A stretch of DNA of 64,000 bases from the IMG/VR virus record IMGVR_UViG_3300045988_079139, positions 4,378 to 68,377 of that record. One strand, 5' to 3'. Below, piece after piece: positions 25,472-38,307 of this stretch. The translations under genes were made by a program, and so were the position numbers. Each line of letters starts with the position of its first letter. Position 1 is the stretch's first letter. Below the pieces are notes generated by a model. The model was not told where the DNA came from. It did not search any database and saw nothing but the letters and a program-made list of their open reading frames with translations. Origin of the DNA: a virus.

Positions 25472-26511
25472 GTTTTTATGGTAGTATATATTATGAATTA
25501 GTTGATACTTTTTACAAAGTATTGGTTCATAATAAAGGAAAAACGAACATTGGATTTCCTGTTGCGGCCGATGTTAAAGACGAATAGACTTTGATGGCTA
25601 TTGGTCGAAAAGGCGTTTTAGATATTGATAGTGGTAATAGATGGATTAAGTTTACTGCTAGCCCAGATACTACAAAATATACTATATGGCATGAGAAACC
25701 AGATGAAGAAAATGTTTAGTCCATTGCTAGTTTTACAAGATTAGAATCTGCTCCAGAAGGAGTGACACCGACTAATTTATATGCTGGTGATGTTATTTAG
25801 GTCTCAAGCTTTGATTATGACAAAGCAGGCCACACTGCGAAATCAGAAATTAGATATTACAAACTACCGACATCTACGGTTGAAGCTGATATTGCTTCTT
25901 TAATGTCCGCAGTTGGCGATATTAAAGATATTTATCCAAGTAAAACTGAAGAAGATGTGGAAAACGACGAAGATGTAAAAAATATCGGTAAAGCTATTGG
26001 CGATATTGAATCTTATCGTCTGCAGATGGGAGAGGGACATGAGACTTATACCTTATGTAATGGTCTATATGATTTAAATCAAATCGCAAACACAATTGGT
26101 TCTGTATCAGAAGATATTTATGACGGCTTTGTTTGGGATAGAACATTTACAGACTCTTTTGGTAATTTAAGAACTGTATTTCCTACAGAGTATAGTAAGA
26201 AGAGTCTATGTGATGCAATTGGTAATGTTGAGTTATTGGTTGATGCGAATGGAGACCCTTTAAATATCGTTCAAGCAATAAATAAGACAGCAGGCGATAA
26301 TAGTGCCCTTACTGGTAATTTAACTGTTACTAACATCGCTGTGGAAAAGCATGAAACCGATATAGGTCTTTTAAATGATGCAGTTACTGCATAGCAAGAA
26401 AAAATCACTGAGCTTGAAACAAAAATAGCTGAATTAGAAGGTTATAAAGCTTTAATAGAGGATTATGGTACTCGTATTGAAGCTATAGAAGCACAATTAC
26501 AAACTGAATAA
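25468..26511 (+). CDS. Structural protein with a C-terminal coiled coil (347 aa, 4 TAG)
   Basis: ATGA overlap with the upstream gene and a gaggggg RBS. The 25903 fragment is co-frame, ending at TAA 26509-26511. Confidence 0.55.
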
Positions 26512-26567
26512 AATTTCTTTTAAAGAATTTTATATAATTATTTGAGAAGAAAGGAGCGCGAATTACA

Positions 26568-28043
26568 TTGCCAAATTATGTAAAGTTTAGACGTGGTACG
26601 CCAGAAGCGTATAAAAATCTATTGGATCTTGGTCGAATTGAGCAAGATACCCTATATTTCTTATATAAAGAAGATGGCTCCACAGAAGCGACCTTATATT
26701 TAGGAACTAAGTTAATTGGCGGTGGATCAGAAAGCTCCGGAGGCGCGTCTACACTGCGTGACTTAACAGATGTTTTAATCCAAGAGAACTTGGCAGATAA
26801 ATCAATTTTGATTTATGATACAAAAGCATCTGCTTGGGTTGATAAGACATTGGCAGAGGTTGTTCCCACTATGGTGGGAGCAACCATTGCTTCCTCTGGA
26901 GTTGGCGGATTGGTTCCAACCCCTCCCCAATTAGATGAAAATGGCGAATTAAAGTTCTTAGCAAATAATGGCGAATGGGTTCATATTGATACAACCAATA
27001 AGAATCAGCACATTATTTCCGTTGAGAACGGTGAAATGTTATTACATGAAAATGTAATTAATGAAGCTACTAAGGAATTAGAATTATCCGTAAATGATAT
27101 TCTAATTATTAAAGACCCTATCTCCGCAAATAAGTGGCAACACACCGCTTATGTCTATAATGGAGCAAATTGGGTTGCAATGGATGGTAATTATAATGCA
27201 GAGAATGTTTATTTCGATGAGGATTTAATTACTACTTTTGCAATTGGTAATATTTCACTTACTAATGGTCAAGGCAAAATTGCAGCCGCAGGTAAAAACT
27301 TAAAAGAAGTTTTTAATACAATTTTCTTAACAGAAAAAAATCCTAGCACTACTCAACCTTCAGTAAGTTTCTCTTCTGTCACTTCTGGAGGATATGAAGT
27401 TGGTACTACTGTAACTCCTTCTTATAATGCATCATTTAGCACAGGCTCTTATTCTTATGGTCCTGCTACTGGTGTAACTGTAGATTCTTGGGAAGTTACT
27501 TCCACAGATGGAGATACAAGTGATGCTAAATCTGGCACTTTTGCTTCTTTTATTGTGGAAGATGATACAAATTATACCATTACTGCAAAAGCAAATCATA
27601 GCGCTGGCGTTGTTCCTGTAACAAATGTCGGTAATGATTATGAAGATGGCGCAATTAAAACTGGTAGTAAGAGTAAAACTTCTTCTGCCATTTATGGCTA
27701 TCGCAACAGTTTCTATGGTACTGCAGAAAATAAAGATGCTTTAGATTCTGACAAGATTAGAGCTTTAACTGCAAGCGGTTATGCTTTAGCTAATGGTGCT
27801 CAGATTGAAGTTGCAATTCCTTTGGATGCTATGCGTGTAATTATTGCTTATCCAGCAACACTAAGAGATGTAACTTCCATCTTAGATGTTAATGGCATGA
27901 ATGCTGAAATTGTTTCTGGTTTTACCAAGCAAACAATTGAAGTTGAAGGCAAAGACGATTATGACGCAATTAGTTACAAAGTTTATACAATGGATTATGC
28001 AAATCCAAATGATAAAGAAAATACTTATAAAGTACAAATCTAA
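26568..28043 (+). CDS. Tail fibre / receptor-binding-type protein (491 aa, TAG-free)
   Basis: TTG start after AAGGAG. The N-terminus (FRRGT...LYF...LYLGTKLIGG) belongs to an N-terminal module shared with 29448, 31294 and 41052. Confidence 0.6.
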   Translation: MPNYVKFRRGTPEAYKNLLDLGRIEQDTLYFLYKEDGSTEATLYLGTKLIGGGSESSGGASTLRDLTDVLIQENLADKSILIYDTKASAWVDKTLAEVVPTMVGATIASSGVGGLVPTPPQLDENGELKFLANNGEWVHIDTTNKNQHIISVENGEMLLHENVINEATKELELSVNDILIIKDPISANKWQHTAYVYNGANWVAMDGNYNAENVYFDEDLITTFAIGNISLTNGQGKIAAAGKNLKEVFNTIFLTEKNPSTTQPSVSFSSVTSGGYEVGTTVTPSYNASFSTGSYSYGPATGVTVDSWEVTSTDGDTSDAKSGTFASFIVEDDTNYTITAKANHSAGVVPVTNVGNDYEDGAIKTGSKSKTSSAIYGYRNSFYGTAENKDALDSDKIRALTASGYALANGAQIEVAIPLDAMRVIIAYPATLRDVTSILDVNGMNAEIVSGFTKQTIEVEGKDDYDAISYKVYTMDYANPNDKENTYKVQI

Positions 28044-28060
28044 GAAGGAGGATAAAGATA

Positions 28061-29428
28061 ATGGCTTTAGATTTTGGTAAATTAAATTTCAGCGTTAGCT
28101 TTAATCCTACTTCTGCTTTCCCGATTGATGCAAGATGTTATTTTGAAAGCTATGCTGCTGCAGAAGCTGCGGCCGCAAAAGCAGAAGCCGCAGGAAGCAC
28201 CAATACAGTTTATTACTATGGTCAAAATGTGGTTGTTGTTGAAAATGGTGTAGCAAGTTTCTACATTATCCAACCAGATGGTACTCTTGGCGAAGTCGGT
28301 GGAAAAATTACCATTAATACAAGTTTATTTGAATATGACGAAGATGGTAATTTAAGTCTAAAGGGATTTGCTGATGCAGTTGCTGGCGCACAACTTGTAA
28401 AAGGCGCTGATAATACAGTCTCTTGGGTTAAACCAGATTCTACTACTGTAGAAGGTTTATCAACAGCTGTTGAAACTCTTCGTAAGGATGTAGACGCTTT
28501 AACTAAGAATGTATATACAAAAACAGAAGTTGAAAAATTAATTTCTGATGCAGCTCATTTAAAGCGTAAAATTGTTGATAGGGTTGAAGATATTTTAGCT
28601 TATATCACTGAAGCTGAAGATGAAGAGCATTATATTTTTATGGTACCTACTGGCTTCCAAGAAGAAGCTGATAAATATGATGAATATATTGTTGTTAATG
28701 GTGCCATTGAAAAAATTGGTTCTTGGGAAGTTAATCTTGATGACTATGCAACTAAAGATGATTTAAAAGATAAAGTCGATAAAGTTGAAGGATATGGATT
28801 AATTTCTAATGAGAATGCTAATAAACTTGATGGAATTGAAGAAGGCGCTGAAAAGAACTACATTAGTTCTGTAGAAGAAGCTCAGTTCCAAGTTATTGAA
28901 GGTAAACTAAAATTAATTGCTGTTCAACAGAATATTATTACCGGATTAGCAGATACATTAAAAGGCAAAGTTGATGTTATTGAAGGTAAGGGTTTATCTA
29001 CCAATGATTTTACAAATGAGTTAAAAGCTAAGTTAGAAGCAATTCCTGTTGCTGATTTAAATGCAGCTTTATCAAAAGTTAATGCTTTAGACAAGGATAT
29101 CTATGGATATCAAGATGAAGAGGGCAATGAGGTTCCTGGTTTAATTGCAGTTGTTCCTCAGTTACAAAATGAGTTAAATTTATTAACTCAAACTGTAAAT
29201 ACTAATAGCGGCAGTATTCAAACTTTGAATTCAACTGTCGGAACTTTAACACAAACTGTTAATACTTTAACCCAGACAGTTAATGGTTTTGCTGATACAT
29301 ATGTTTCTATTGCTAATTTCAATGCAGTTGTTGGTAATTTAGATTCTATGTTGGAAAACCAGGTTAATATCATGAATGAAATTGATGATATTAATAATAG
29401 ACTGACTTGGCATGGTATTGAAGACTAA
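28061..29428 (+). CDS. Fibre-like coiled-coil protein (455 aa, TAG-free)
   Basis: AGGAGG RBS. The protein is Ala-rich N-terminally and has C-terminal repeats (LTQTVNT...) with a coiled-coil appearance. Confidence 0.6.
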   Translation: MALDFGKLNFSVSFNPTSAFPIDARCYFESYAAAEAAAAKAEAAGSTNTVYYYGQNVVVVENGVASFYIIQPDGTLGEVGGKITINTSLFEYDEDGNLSLKGFADAVAGAQLVKGADNTVSWVKPDSTTVEGLSTAVETLRKDVDALTKNVYTKTEVEKLISDAAHLKRKIVDRVEDILAYITEAEDEEHYIFMVPTGFQEEADKYDEYIVVNGAIEKIGSWEVNLDDYATKDDLKDKVDKVEGYGLISNENANKLDGIEEGAEKNYISSVEEAQFQVIEGKLKLIAVQQNIITGLADTLKGKVDVIEGKGLSTNDFTNELKAKLEAIPVADLNAALSKVNALDKDIYGYQDEEGNEVPGLIAVVPQLQNELNLLTQTVNTNSGSIQTLNSTVGTLTQTVNTLTQTVNGFADTYVSIANFNAVVGNLDSMLENQVNIMNEIDDINNRLTWHGIED

Positions 29429-29447
29429 TAAAGGAGGAAAATAAATA

Positions 29448-31157
29448 ATGGCTGATGTTTTATTTAAACGCGGTTCACAAACCGATTTAGACGCATTGCG
29501 CGTTAATAGTGATAAAACAAAGAGAATTCCTGGAGCTTTTTATTTAACTGAAGACTCTCATAGATTATATGTTGGTATCAACAATGATAATAATGATATC
29601 GTTCCTGTGAATGAGGGTATTACTACTGTTGAGACTTTAAATCAGTTACCTAATCCTTCAACCGCAGATGATAAGAAATTAACTACGGGTCAATTCTATT
29701 ATGTTTATAAAGACAACTCTGGTAATGCGCTAAATGTTTTAGCTATTTATAATGGCCAAGAGTGGATTCAAATTAACTCTAATACTGATACTACTATCAG
29801 TTCTTTCACTCAGACCGTATCTGTTTCCAGTGGTACTGCAACTATTAAGGGTGATATTAAAGACTCTTCTGGTACTACTAAATCTAGTAATTTTAAAATT
29901 ACAGTTGCTGGTGGCTTAACATTAAGTGTTAATACTGCTAAAGATACTTTAACTATTGACGCTAGTGCTTTACAGCAGGATTTAGGACATACTGTAGACA
30001 CTTCTGGCGTTGATATTACTTTATTACATCCTAAAACAACTGGAAATAAATTCCGTATTGAAGCTGGTAATTTCACTACTATTGAAGCAAACTCTGACAA
30101 TACTGGTATTAAAATTAACAGTGCTGACCATAGAGTAAAATCTGTCGCCATCGGCAATGGCAATGCCGCAGGTAATAGCACTAATGGTTTTAATATTAAA
30201 GTTACTGATAATAGTAGTAATTCAAAGAGTGCTAATTTTGATCCAACCATTAAGCTGGCAAATGACACAGATGCTCGTCATTTCACTGGCGGTAACATTA
30301 CTTTGCCAGTATATACCACTACTGAAATTGATGATAAATTCAAATCAGAGCTAAAAGCAATTGATGGTATGACCTATAAAGGTACTATTGGTACTAATGG
30401 TACTGGTCACAATGGTAATGCATTACCAACAACTAATGTTCGCATTGGTGACACTTATAAAACTCTTTCTACTTTTACTGTTGCAATTGGTGGAGTAACT
30501 CCCTCTGAAGGCGATGTAATTATTGCTCGTTCTACAGATGGAACTGAAAATGCTAATGGTTATATTGATTCCGCTAAAATTACTTGGGATTTAATTCCTT
30601 CTGGTAACGAAGATACTACTTACTATGGAGTATCTGCAACACACGGTATTGGACTAAAAGACAGTAGCAATGCAACTGTTATGGCTTTCACATTAGAAAG
30701 CGGAAATGCTAGCATTACTTTAGAAGATACCACTGGTGATAAATCCAATAAAGTAAAAATTACTCACGCAGCTCCAACTGCCCAGACTAAAACTGCTGAA
30801 ACTATTACTGGTGTAAAAGGAAGCGGAGATCACGTTCAAAACACTTTGACTGGTACTGTTATTAAAGATGTACTGAAAGATTCAACTGGTCACGTTGCTG
30901 GTTTACAACAGGCCAATATTAGTTTTTCTGACACTAATGCAACTTTAGTTTCTGCTGGTGATACTACTGTAGCTGCAGCTTCTTTGGGTAGTAGTTCTAG
31001 TAAAGTTTCTTTAAAAACTACTTTGAAACAATCTAGTGGTACTACTAAAACTTCCACCTCTGTATTTACTGTATATTCTGATAATAAAAATTTACAAGTT
31101 TCTGCAGATGCTACTAATGATGCTGTAAAAGTATCCTTTGTGTGGGATTCTTTCTAA
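29448..31157 (+). CDS. Tail fibre-like protein (569 aa, TAG-free), Thr/Ser/Gly-rich beta-rich body
   Basis: AAAGGAGG RBS. Its N-terminus (LFKRGSQTDLDAL...GAFYLTED.HRLYVG) is shared with paralogues. Confidence 0.6.
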   Translation: MADVLFKRGSQTDLDALRVNSDKTKRIPGAFYLTEDSHRLYVGINNDNNDIVPVNEGITTVETLNQLPNPSTADDKKLTTGQFYYVYKDNSGNALNVLAIYNGQEWIQINSNTDTTISSFTQTVSVSSGTATIKGDIKDSSGTTKSSNFKITVAGGLTLSVNTAKDTLTIDASALQQDLGHTVDTSGVDITLLHPKTTGNKFRIEAGNFTTIEANSDNTGIKINSADHRVKSVAIGNGNAAGNSTNGFNIKVTDNSSNSKSANFDPTIKLANDTDARHFTGGNITLPVYTTTEIDDKFKSELKAIDGMTYKGTIGTNGTGHNGNALPTTNVRIGDTYKTLSTFTVAIGGVTPSEGDVIIARSTDGTENANGYIDSAKITWDLIPSGNEDTTYYGVSATHGIGLKDSSNATVMAFTLESGNASITLEDTTGDKSNKVKITHAAPTAQTKTAETITGVKGSGDHVQNTLTGTVIKDVLKDSTGHVAGLQQANISFSDTNATLVSAGDTTVAAASLGSSSSKVSLKTTLKQSSGTTKTSTSVFTVYSDNKNLQVSADATNDAVKVSFVWDSF

Positions 31158-31230
31158 TAATATAAATCTAGGACAAAGCTTGTTAAGAAAGCTTGTATGA
31201 TTTTTAATTCTCTATAGAGGATATTTGAAT

Positions 31231-31269
31231 GGGTGACAGGATTATATCCTGTCACCCGTTTTTTTATTT
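31231..31269 (+). terminator. Rho-independent terminator
   Basis: gggtgacaggattatatcctgtcaccc hairpin followed by gttttttt. Confidence 0.8.
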
Positions 31270-31293
31270 AAAAGGAAAGAAAGGAGAATATAA

Positions 31294-34200
31294 ATGAATA
31301 GTTCATTTAGACCCGTGCGTGGTATTGAGGCAAAAATTGTTGACCAGCCTTTGCATGACGGCTATATCTATTTTGCGACTGACAGCGGAAAAATTTATTT
31401 AGACACTGCAACAGATAGATATTCACTTGGTGCTAATGGCGCCGCAGTTTTATATGCAAATGCTGAAAATGTAATTTTTAACACAGATAACTCTTATACT
31501 ATTCTATATAGTTATCTAGATGACCAAAATGCCATTCCAAAAGCTGAAGATTTAGTAATCAATAGTGATGGTCGATTCTTTAGAGTTAATTATTACGATT
31601 CTGCTTCTGGCTTAATTAACTGTAAGCTAATCGCAGTTAGTGGTAGCGGAGGCGGCGGAGGTAATACCCCAGGCAGTCCAGATGCTCCAAGTGATGATCC
31701 AAAAGTAATTAAAGTTACTTATCACGATTTAACTTACTCCTTCTTGAACGGTCGTACATATACAATTGATTTCACTGCATTATCTCAGGTTGACTTATAT
31801 TTAAATATTAGTTATACTGTTAAAAATGCACAAAATCATACTACTGGTTTTGGTAGTATGCAAGTAAAGTCTGGCCAACGTGTAAGCTTGCCAGTAGGTC
31901 AGTATATTACACCAGAAGGCGGCTATCATGCAGTTGATATTATTATTCAGGGTGCTAATGCTTATGAATATACCCGTACTATCAATAGAATTAAATGTGT
32001 TGATTTATAGGTTGCCAATGATCCAGAAAAATTTACTTGTCAAAAAATTTATGATGGAACAATTCCTTATTATGTAAAAGTTGTCGGTCAAATTAATAAG
32101 ACTTTACATATTGAGATTGATGGAAAACCTTTTACTACTAAAACTTTAAGTTCTAGTGAAAGTGATACTTCTATTTACGTGCCGATTGACTGTAAGACAT
32201 TGGGCTTAAATACTGGCGTACATACTATTACTGCATATATGATGGCTGACGGTGTTCCTAGTAACACTATCATGACAGACTTCATTTATCATCCAGAAAA
32301 TGCTGCTGATGCAGTTTATGTTATTGTAACAGAATATCCAGAAGAGTGTATGAGTTATGAGACTCCCGCTGTTTACTACTGGGTATATAATACCGCACAA
32401 ACAGAAGGATATAAAAACTCTCTGTCCTTCACTGTTGATGGTGTAGTTGTAGCAAAAGATATCGTTGAAGCTCAGAACACAGGTACAAGCCTAAGATGGA
32501 ATGTTACTGGTTTGAAACCAGATGCTAAAAATATTTGTGAAATTAACTGCGGTAGCGGCAGCCGTACATTTGAAATTTACTGTCATTATAGTAGTATTTT
32601 TGAACCAACTACTGATGGTGCAGTTTTAATGTTAAGTGCTGAAGGTCGTACAAATAGCACTTCTTTAGAGCGTCGCTTAGAATGGAAATACACTAATGAC
32701 CGTGGTACTTCCTATACCGCTGAATTAAAAGATTTCAACTGGAATAACAACGGTTGGACAATTGATGATGCTACCGGAAGAGATTGTTTAAGAATTAGCA
32801 ATGGAGCTTCTGTAGAGATTCCTATGATGCTATTCCCAAATGCAGCTCCAAATACTGGTGGTTACACTTTTGAATTTGAATTTAAGCCTTATAACTTATA
32901 TTCTTATAATCTTTTAACTCAATCAACTATCACTGTGGAAAATGACAATAACACAGAAGATGATGAAGTTGATATTCTTCGTGAATTTAACTCTGACTTA
33001 GCTGCAATTTCTTATATTGCTACTGGCAATGATGGTAAGGCATACGGTATGTGCTGTGGTACTCAGGATGCTTTCTTCCGCATGAGCGATGGTAAAAATG
33101 TTACTGTCCGCTATACCAATGATACTGTAGTAAATGTTGCTATCACTGTTAATGCAGCGAAAGAACAAATTTGTATGTATGTTAATGGCGTTATGAGTGG
33201 CATGGTCGCTTATAAGAGAAGTTCCGCAAAACTTCCCATTCAGGCTAATAAGTTAATTATTAATTCTGATCAGTGTGACTTGGATATTTATAATATTCGT
33301 ATTTATGACCAGGCATTAACTTCAAAACAAATTGTTCAAAACTATATTGCAAGCACTAAGGACATGGATATTTATAATCAAAATGTTTTTAATGCTGCAG
33401 ATGAAACTGTAAGTTTAGCCGCATTGCAAGATTATAATGATGATAATCCAAGTAATGCGACAATTCCTTATATGATTTTTAAGACTAAATCTCCTGATAT
33501 TTTGCCTTTCAATAAAGCAAATGAAGATGTTATTTGCTCTATTGAATTTGTAAACCCTGCTTTGGACTATGCTTTGGCAAAAGGTGAGATTAACGAGTCT
33601 TATTATAAAAAACACGCACCTAGTTTTACTGCTGATGAAGTTACAATTAATGTTCAGGGTACTTCTTCTCAGAAATATCCAAGAAAGAACTTTAAAGGTA
33701 AGTTTAAGAAAGCAAAAAATTGGCAATGTCGTGAAAAATCTGTAAATGATTTAGTTGGTGATAAGTCACTATCTAAATTCTATATGGATGAAAGTATGGC
33801 AGAAAAAAGCATTTGTTGGAAAGCTGACTATATGGATAGCTCCAGTTGTCACAATACTGGTTTTGCTAGCTATGTGCAAGAGCTATATTGGAATCACCCA
33901 TTAGATTACTATGAAGGAACTAATGTGCCAGCCGCAAACAAGGATGGACAATTGGGTGAATATCGTAAGAAATATCGTACTAGCCTATATGGATTCCCTG
34001 TTTTAGTGTTCCATCAAAAGTCTGATGGTTCTACTGAATTCATTGGCCGCTATAATTTCAACTTAGATAAGGGCGCAGACGATACTCTTGGTATGGCTTT
34101 AGAAAAAAATCATCCAGTATTAACCGACAAAACCTATGATAAGGTTTGTGAATGTTGGGAAATGGCAAATAACATGGGTGGTCGTTGCTCTTTCAGAGGT

Positions 34201-37200
34201 AATCCTTTTGATTATTGCTATGACTATAATCATGTTAATGCTGATGGTACTATCGGTGCTTATATCGTTGATGGTAAAGAGAGTCAGAGCGATATTGGTG
34301 ACGATATTGAAGTACGTTATCATATTAATGGTGATGCCATTGAGGGCGCTTGGGATAATTTAACTAAACCCTTGGATGATGGTGGCACTCCAATTTCTTC
34401 TAGAGAAGCTTTCGAAGTATTGCTTGGAGGCGATGCTGACGGAAACAATAGAACTGGTGCTTATGCGCATTTAGAAAGATTGTTTAAGTGGTTACAGTCT
34501 TGTTATTATGCTTTTGATATGAATACTGATGAAGATAAAGATTGGGTAAGAGAATTATTAGGTCGAGATCCTATTGCCGACGAAGATGGTAAATATTACG
34601 ACGCTAATGGAATTCCTATTGACCCAGACTTTAGAGAATTGAGAAATGCTCGTAAAGTTAAGTTTGAAACTGAATTTGACAAGCATTTAAATAAAGAATA
34701 TTGCACTGTTTATTATATTTTAACTGAATTGTTATTACAATATGACTCTCGTGGAAAAAATATGATGTTATCCTCTTGGGGTCCTATGGAGGCCGGAGGA
34801 GAATATATTTGGTTCCCAATTTTCTATGATATTGACACTCAGCTTGGTGTTAATAACTCTGGTATTCCTTCTTGGGAGTATAACGTAGAACCAACAACTG
34901 GTTTTAATAATCCTGGCGGCAATAGAGCTTTCTCTACTGCAAACAGTTTGTTATGGAATAATTTCCATCAGTCTTATGCGGTTGAAAGTAAATATGTTCA
35001 AGATTATTACCGTTTATTGAGAGGTAGTACTTTAACAATTGCTAAAATTAATGGATATTATAATTTTGATTATGATATTAGTAAGGCTTATTGTATGAAG
35101 GGTATCCTTCCAATTAGTATTATGAATGCAAATCAAAATTATAAGTATATTGCTCCAAGCACTAAAGGTTATATTATTGGCGTCGATGACGCTGGTGCTC
35201 CTAAATATAGAACAACTAGTGCATATTTCTATTGTTTGCAAGGAACAAGAGAATTACATAGAGCCCAGTTATTACGTAATCGCTTCAACTATTACGATAG
35301 TAAATGGATGGCTCAGGACTACCAGCCTGGTACTGGCGGTAGTGCAATGCGTTGGCGTGCCAATGCTTATAATGACCCAGAAGATGCTAGCTTGCGCAGT
35401 CATTTAACATTACAGGTAAGACCTGCATTAGACCAATATCTAGTATTGTGGCCTGATGAAAGTGCAACTTATGTTGTGCCTATTTTTGCTAAGGGTGGCG
35501 AAACGGCTACTATTGATTTGATGAATTTGTTCTCTTCTGGAACTTATCAGCAACAGTTGATTTATATCGGTGGTTATAAATATTTGCAAGAATTTGGCGA
35601 TGTAAGTTTGTTATATCTTGATGAATTTGAATTCCCTGATGATGCTAATAATATTACTAAGATTCAACTTGGTAATGAGAATCCTCGATATAAGCCCAAT
35701 GAGCAGTTTAAAGTTGATGCGATTGATGAAGCAACTCAAAAGAAACCTTTGTTAAAAGTTTTTGATATTACTAATATTGATAAAATCAATAGTAAGATTG
35801 AGCTGTTAGATTCTGTTAAGCTAGAGACTTTTAAGGCTCTTGGTAGTAAAATTACTGGTGCAGTATTTGCTGATGGTGTTAACTTGCATCATTTATATTT
35901 ACCTAATACTGTTAACTCTTTATCATTGAGTAAAGCTACAAATCTAGAAAGAGTTCTATATAGTCCTAGTGAATTAAAAGAAACTTTGGATGATGGTACT
36001 GTTGTTGATACTGAAGGTTTATATATTGAAGATCTTGTAAAAACTGTTAATGGTTCTAAGACCACTAATATTAGTGAAATCAATATTGTCAGTGGCGGGT
36101 TGAAGTTATATAGCTATGATATGCTAAATAAGGTTACTGAAGCTGTCGACAGTATGATTGCTTCTGGTTCTGATGCTGCATTATCTATTAATATGGAAGA
36201 TGTTCATTGGACTCCTTACACTCAGTTGGGCGAGGGTGCTATTTACCAGCAGAGCAAGGTTGATAATTATAAATATGCAACTAATAACTACTCTTTCAGA
36301 GATTATGAATATAGTAATGAAAACCAGTGGCAATTAGATTTGTTAAATGGTCGTATTTATGAATATGTTGAAAGCCCTGTTGCTCCTCCTGTAAATCTTG
36401 ATTTACTTGATGTATATCTGGATCAGGAGAAAGACAGCGAGACTCAAATGCCTAAGCGCTTTACTAATATTACAGATACATTGGCTAAAGCTTTACCAGT
36501 TATTACTGGTGAATTATATATTGATAATGCAAATCATGCTGCGATTTCTGAAGCTGATATTGCTAATGTTTATAATGTTGCTTTCCCAAGTTTATCTATT
36601 AAGGCAGCAAAAGTGGCTGATGCTTATCGAGCTCGTTTTGTTCGTAAAGATGGTAATGTTGAATCTGAAATTAAAGTTTTGCGTTTTAATACGACTGATC
36701 AAAACATTATTATTACACCTCCTTCAGACAATGAAATTTCTACTCCAAACCATTATGACTTTAAGGGTTGGACTACTACCGATCCTGCAACTGTAAATGA
36801 TTTAGATAAATTGCCAATTATTACTGATTTTTCTACTTTTGCATTCTCCGAAAGTGTTCCAGAATTAACTTTCTATGCAGTATATAAGAAGCATGAATAT
36901 CAAATCACCTTCCTAGACCCTGGCGCTTCTGGAAATGATGCTTATGAAGAAGTTATTCCTACTGCTTACGGTTCAATTCTAACTGAACCATCTCGAATTC
37001 CTTATAGAGGTGCTGCTGAAGCAGAGATGGACTTAGATCAAAGACTAACTTTTAAAGGTTGGACTGATGTAAGAGATAATGCTGGTGTCGTTGGTACAGA
37101 AATTTTAAATGGTGTTTTGGTTGATATTTCAACATATAAAGCAGATAGAAATTATACCTTCTATGCTGTATTCACTCAAGAAAGTGTCTACACAAATACT

Positions 37201-37983
37201 ACTGATAACAAGTATTTTACCTTCGGTTATAATTATAATTATGTTGATCCAGTAGATCCTTCTAAGAATGCTGTCGGAAGTACAATTAGAATTTCTTCAG
37301 AATATCAAAATGGTGATTTAAGAGGTAAGATTACTGTGCCAGCTGTTGATGATTAGGGTAACCCAATTGTTTCTATTATGGGCTTTGATACTGATGCAGC
37401 AAAAGCAATTACTCATTTATTCTTTATGCCAGATAATAATATTTTGCAATTTGAATCTCAAGCCTTCGAAGGAAATAACTTTGATAGTAAATTGCAATAT
37501 ATTGACTTCCCAAATCTTACTAAGTTACGCTCAATTAACAGATATGCCTTCCGTTATCTGGATAATTTACAATTATCTGAAATTCCTGCTCCTGTTGTCT
37601 ATGTTGGACAAGAAGCATTTAATGGAAGCTTTGAGTCTTTGTCTGGAATTAAAGAATTCTATATTAATGGTAGTGTAACAAAAATGGACCCTGGAGCTTT
37701 CTCTAACTGTGATGTTCCAATTGAAACTCTATATGTAGGAAAGCCTGGAGACCCAACACAGCTGGATATTAGTTCTTGGAATTCTTCTCAAGCTCCTTAT
37801 TTCCAGCAAAATCAATATTTCCGTCCTAAGACTGTATATATTTATTGTGATGGAGATCGCATTGATGCGTTCCATGCGGCAATGTCTAAGTATGCAGAGG
37901 GTCAATCTATTTTCCAAGTTGCTTGGGAGGGCGAAGAAGAATTAGGACAATATTTTGTTAAAGATGCTAATGATTTTTCTTGA
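31294..37983 (+). CDS. Giant fibre/receptor-binding protein (2,229 aa if both TAGs are read through) with a LamG-like lectin domain and a C-terminal BspA-type leucine-rich-repeat domain
   Basis: RBS ggaaagaaaggag. The 31294, 32179 and 37378 fragments are co-frame, and only the TAGs at 32008 and 37354 separate them. The supposed starts at 32179 (GTG) and 37378 have no RBS. A LamG-type motif, DIYNIRIYDQALTSKQI, lies near 33290. The 37378-37983 segment has a BspA-like LRR pattern. An alternative reading splits it into three genes if these TAGs terminate. Confidence 0.5.
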
Positions 37984-38001
37984 GAAAGGAGTACATAAAT
38001 A

Positions 38002-38199
38002 ATGAAAAAAGAGGTCTTATATACATATTTAGGCACTAATGGTATTATTTGTTCTCCTGTCCATTTAGAGGATACATATTATACTCGCAAAGTGCGTTTA
38101 TATGCCGATAAAGATAAGCGACTAACCAAAGACGGCAAGACCTTCCATAAAGTCGTTGTTGTTCAAGATGAAGAGGTTAGTGAATGGTATGAAGTATAA
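38002..38199 (+). CDS. Small hypothetical protein (65 aa)
   Basis: RBS gagaaaggag, TAA stop. Confidence 0.45.
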   Translation: MKKEVLYTYLGTNGIICSPVHLEDTYYTRKVRLYADKDKRLTKDGKTFHKVVVVQDEEVSEWYEV

Positions 38200-38307
38200 G
38201 GCCAAATATAATTATTTGACTTACTTCATACGTTATATATAACAAAGGGCCAAGGGAATTTTCCCTTGGCCTCATAATAAAAATATAATAGAAAGGAAGA
38301 GTTTAAA

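Noticed and set aside
32011-32178. Treating 31294-32010, 32179-37356 and 37378-37983 as three separate standard-code genes
   Set aside because: It was not rejected outright, but it is less likely. The downstream segments are co-frame, the gaps have no TAA or TGA, and the downstream starts lack RBSs. It is kept as an alternative in the feature call.
38245-38285. Hairpin gggccaagggaattttcccttggcc after the gene at 38002
   Set aside because: It is followed by an A-rich rather than a T-rich tract on the plus strand, so it is not a convincing intrinsic terminator. It may be an RNA stability or processing element.
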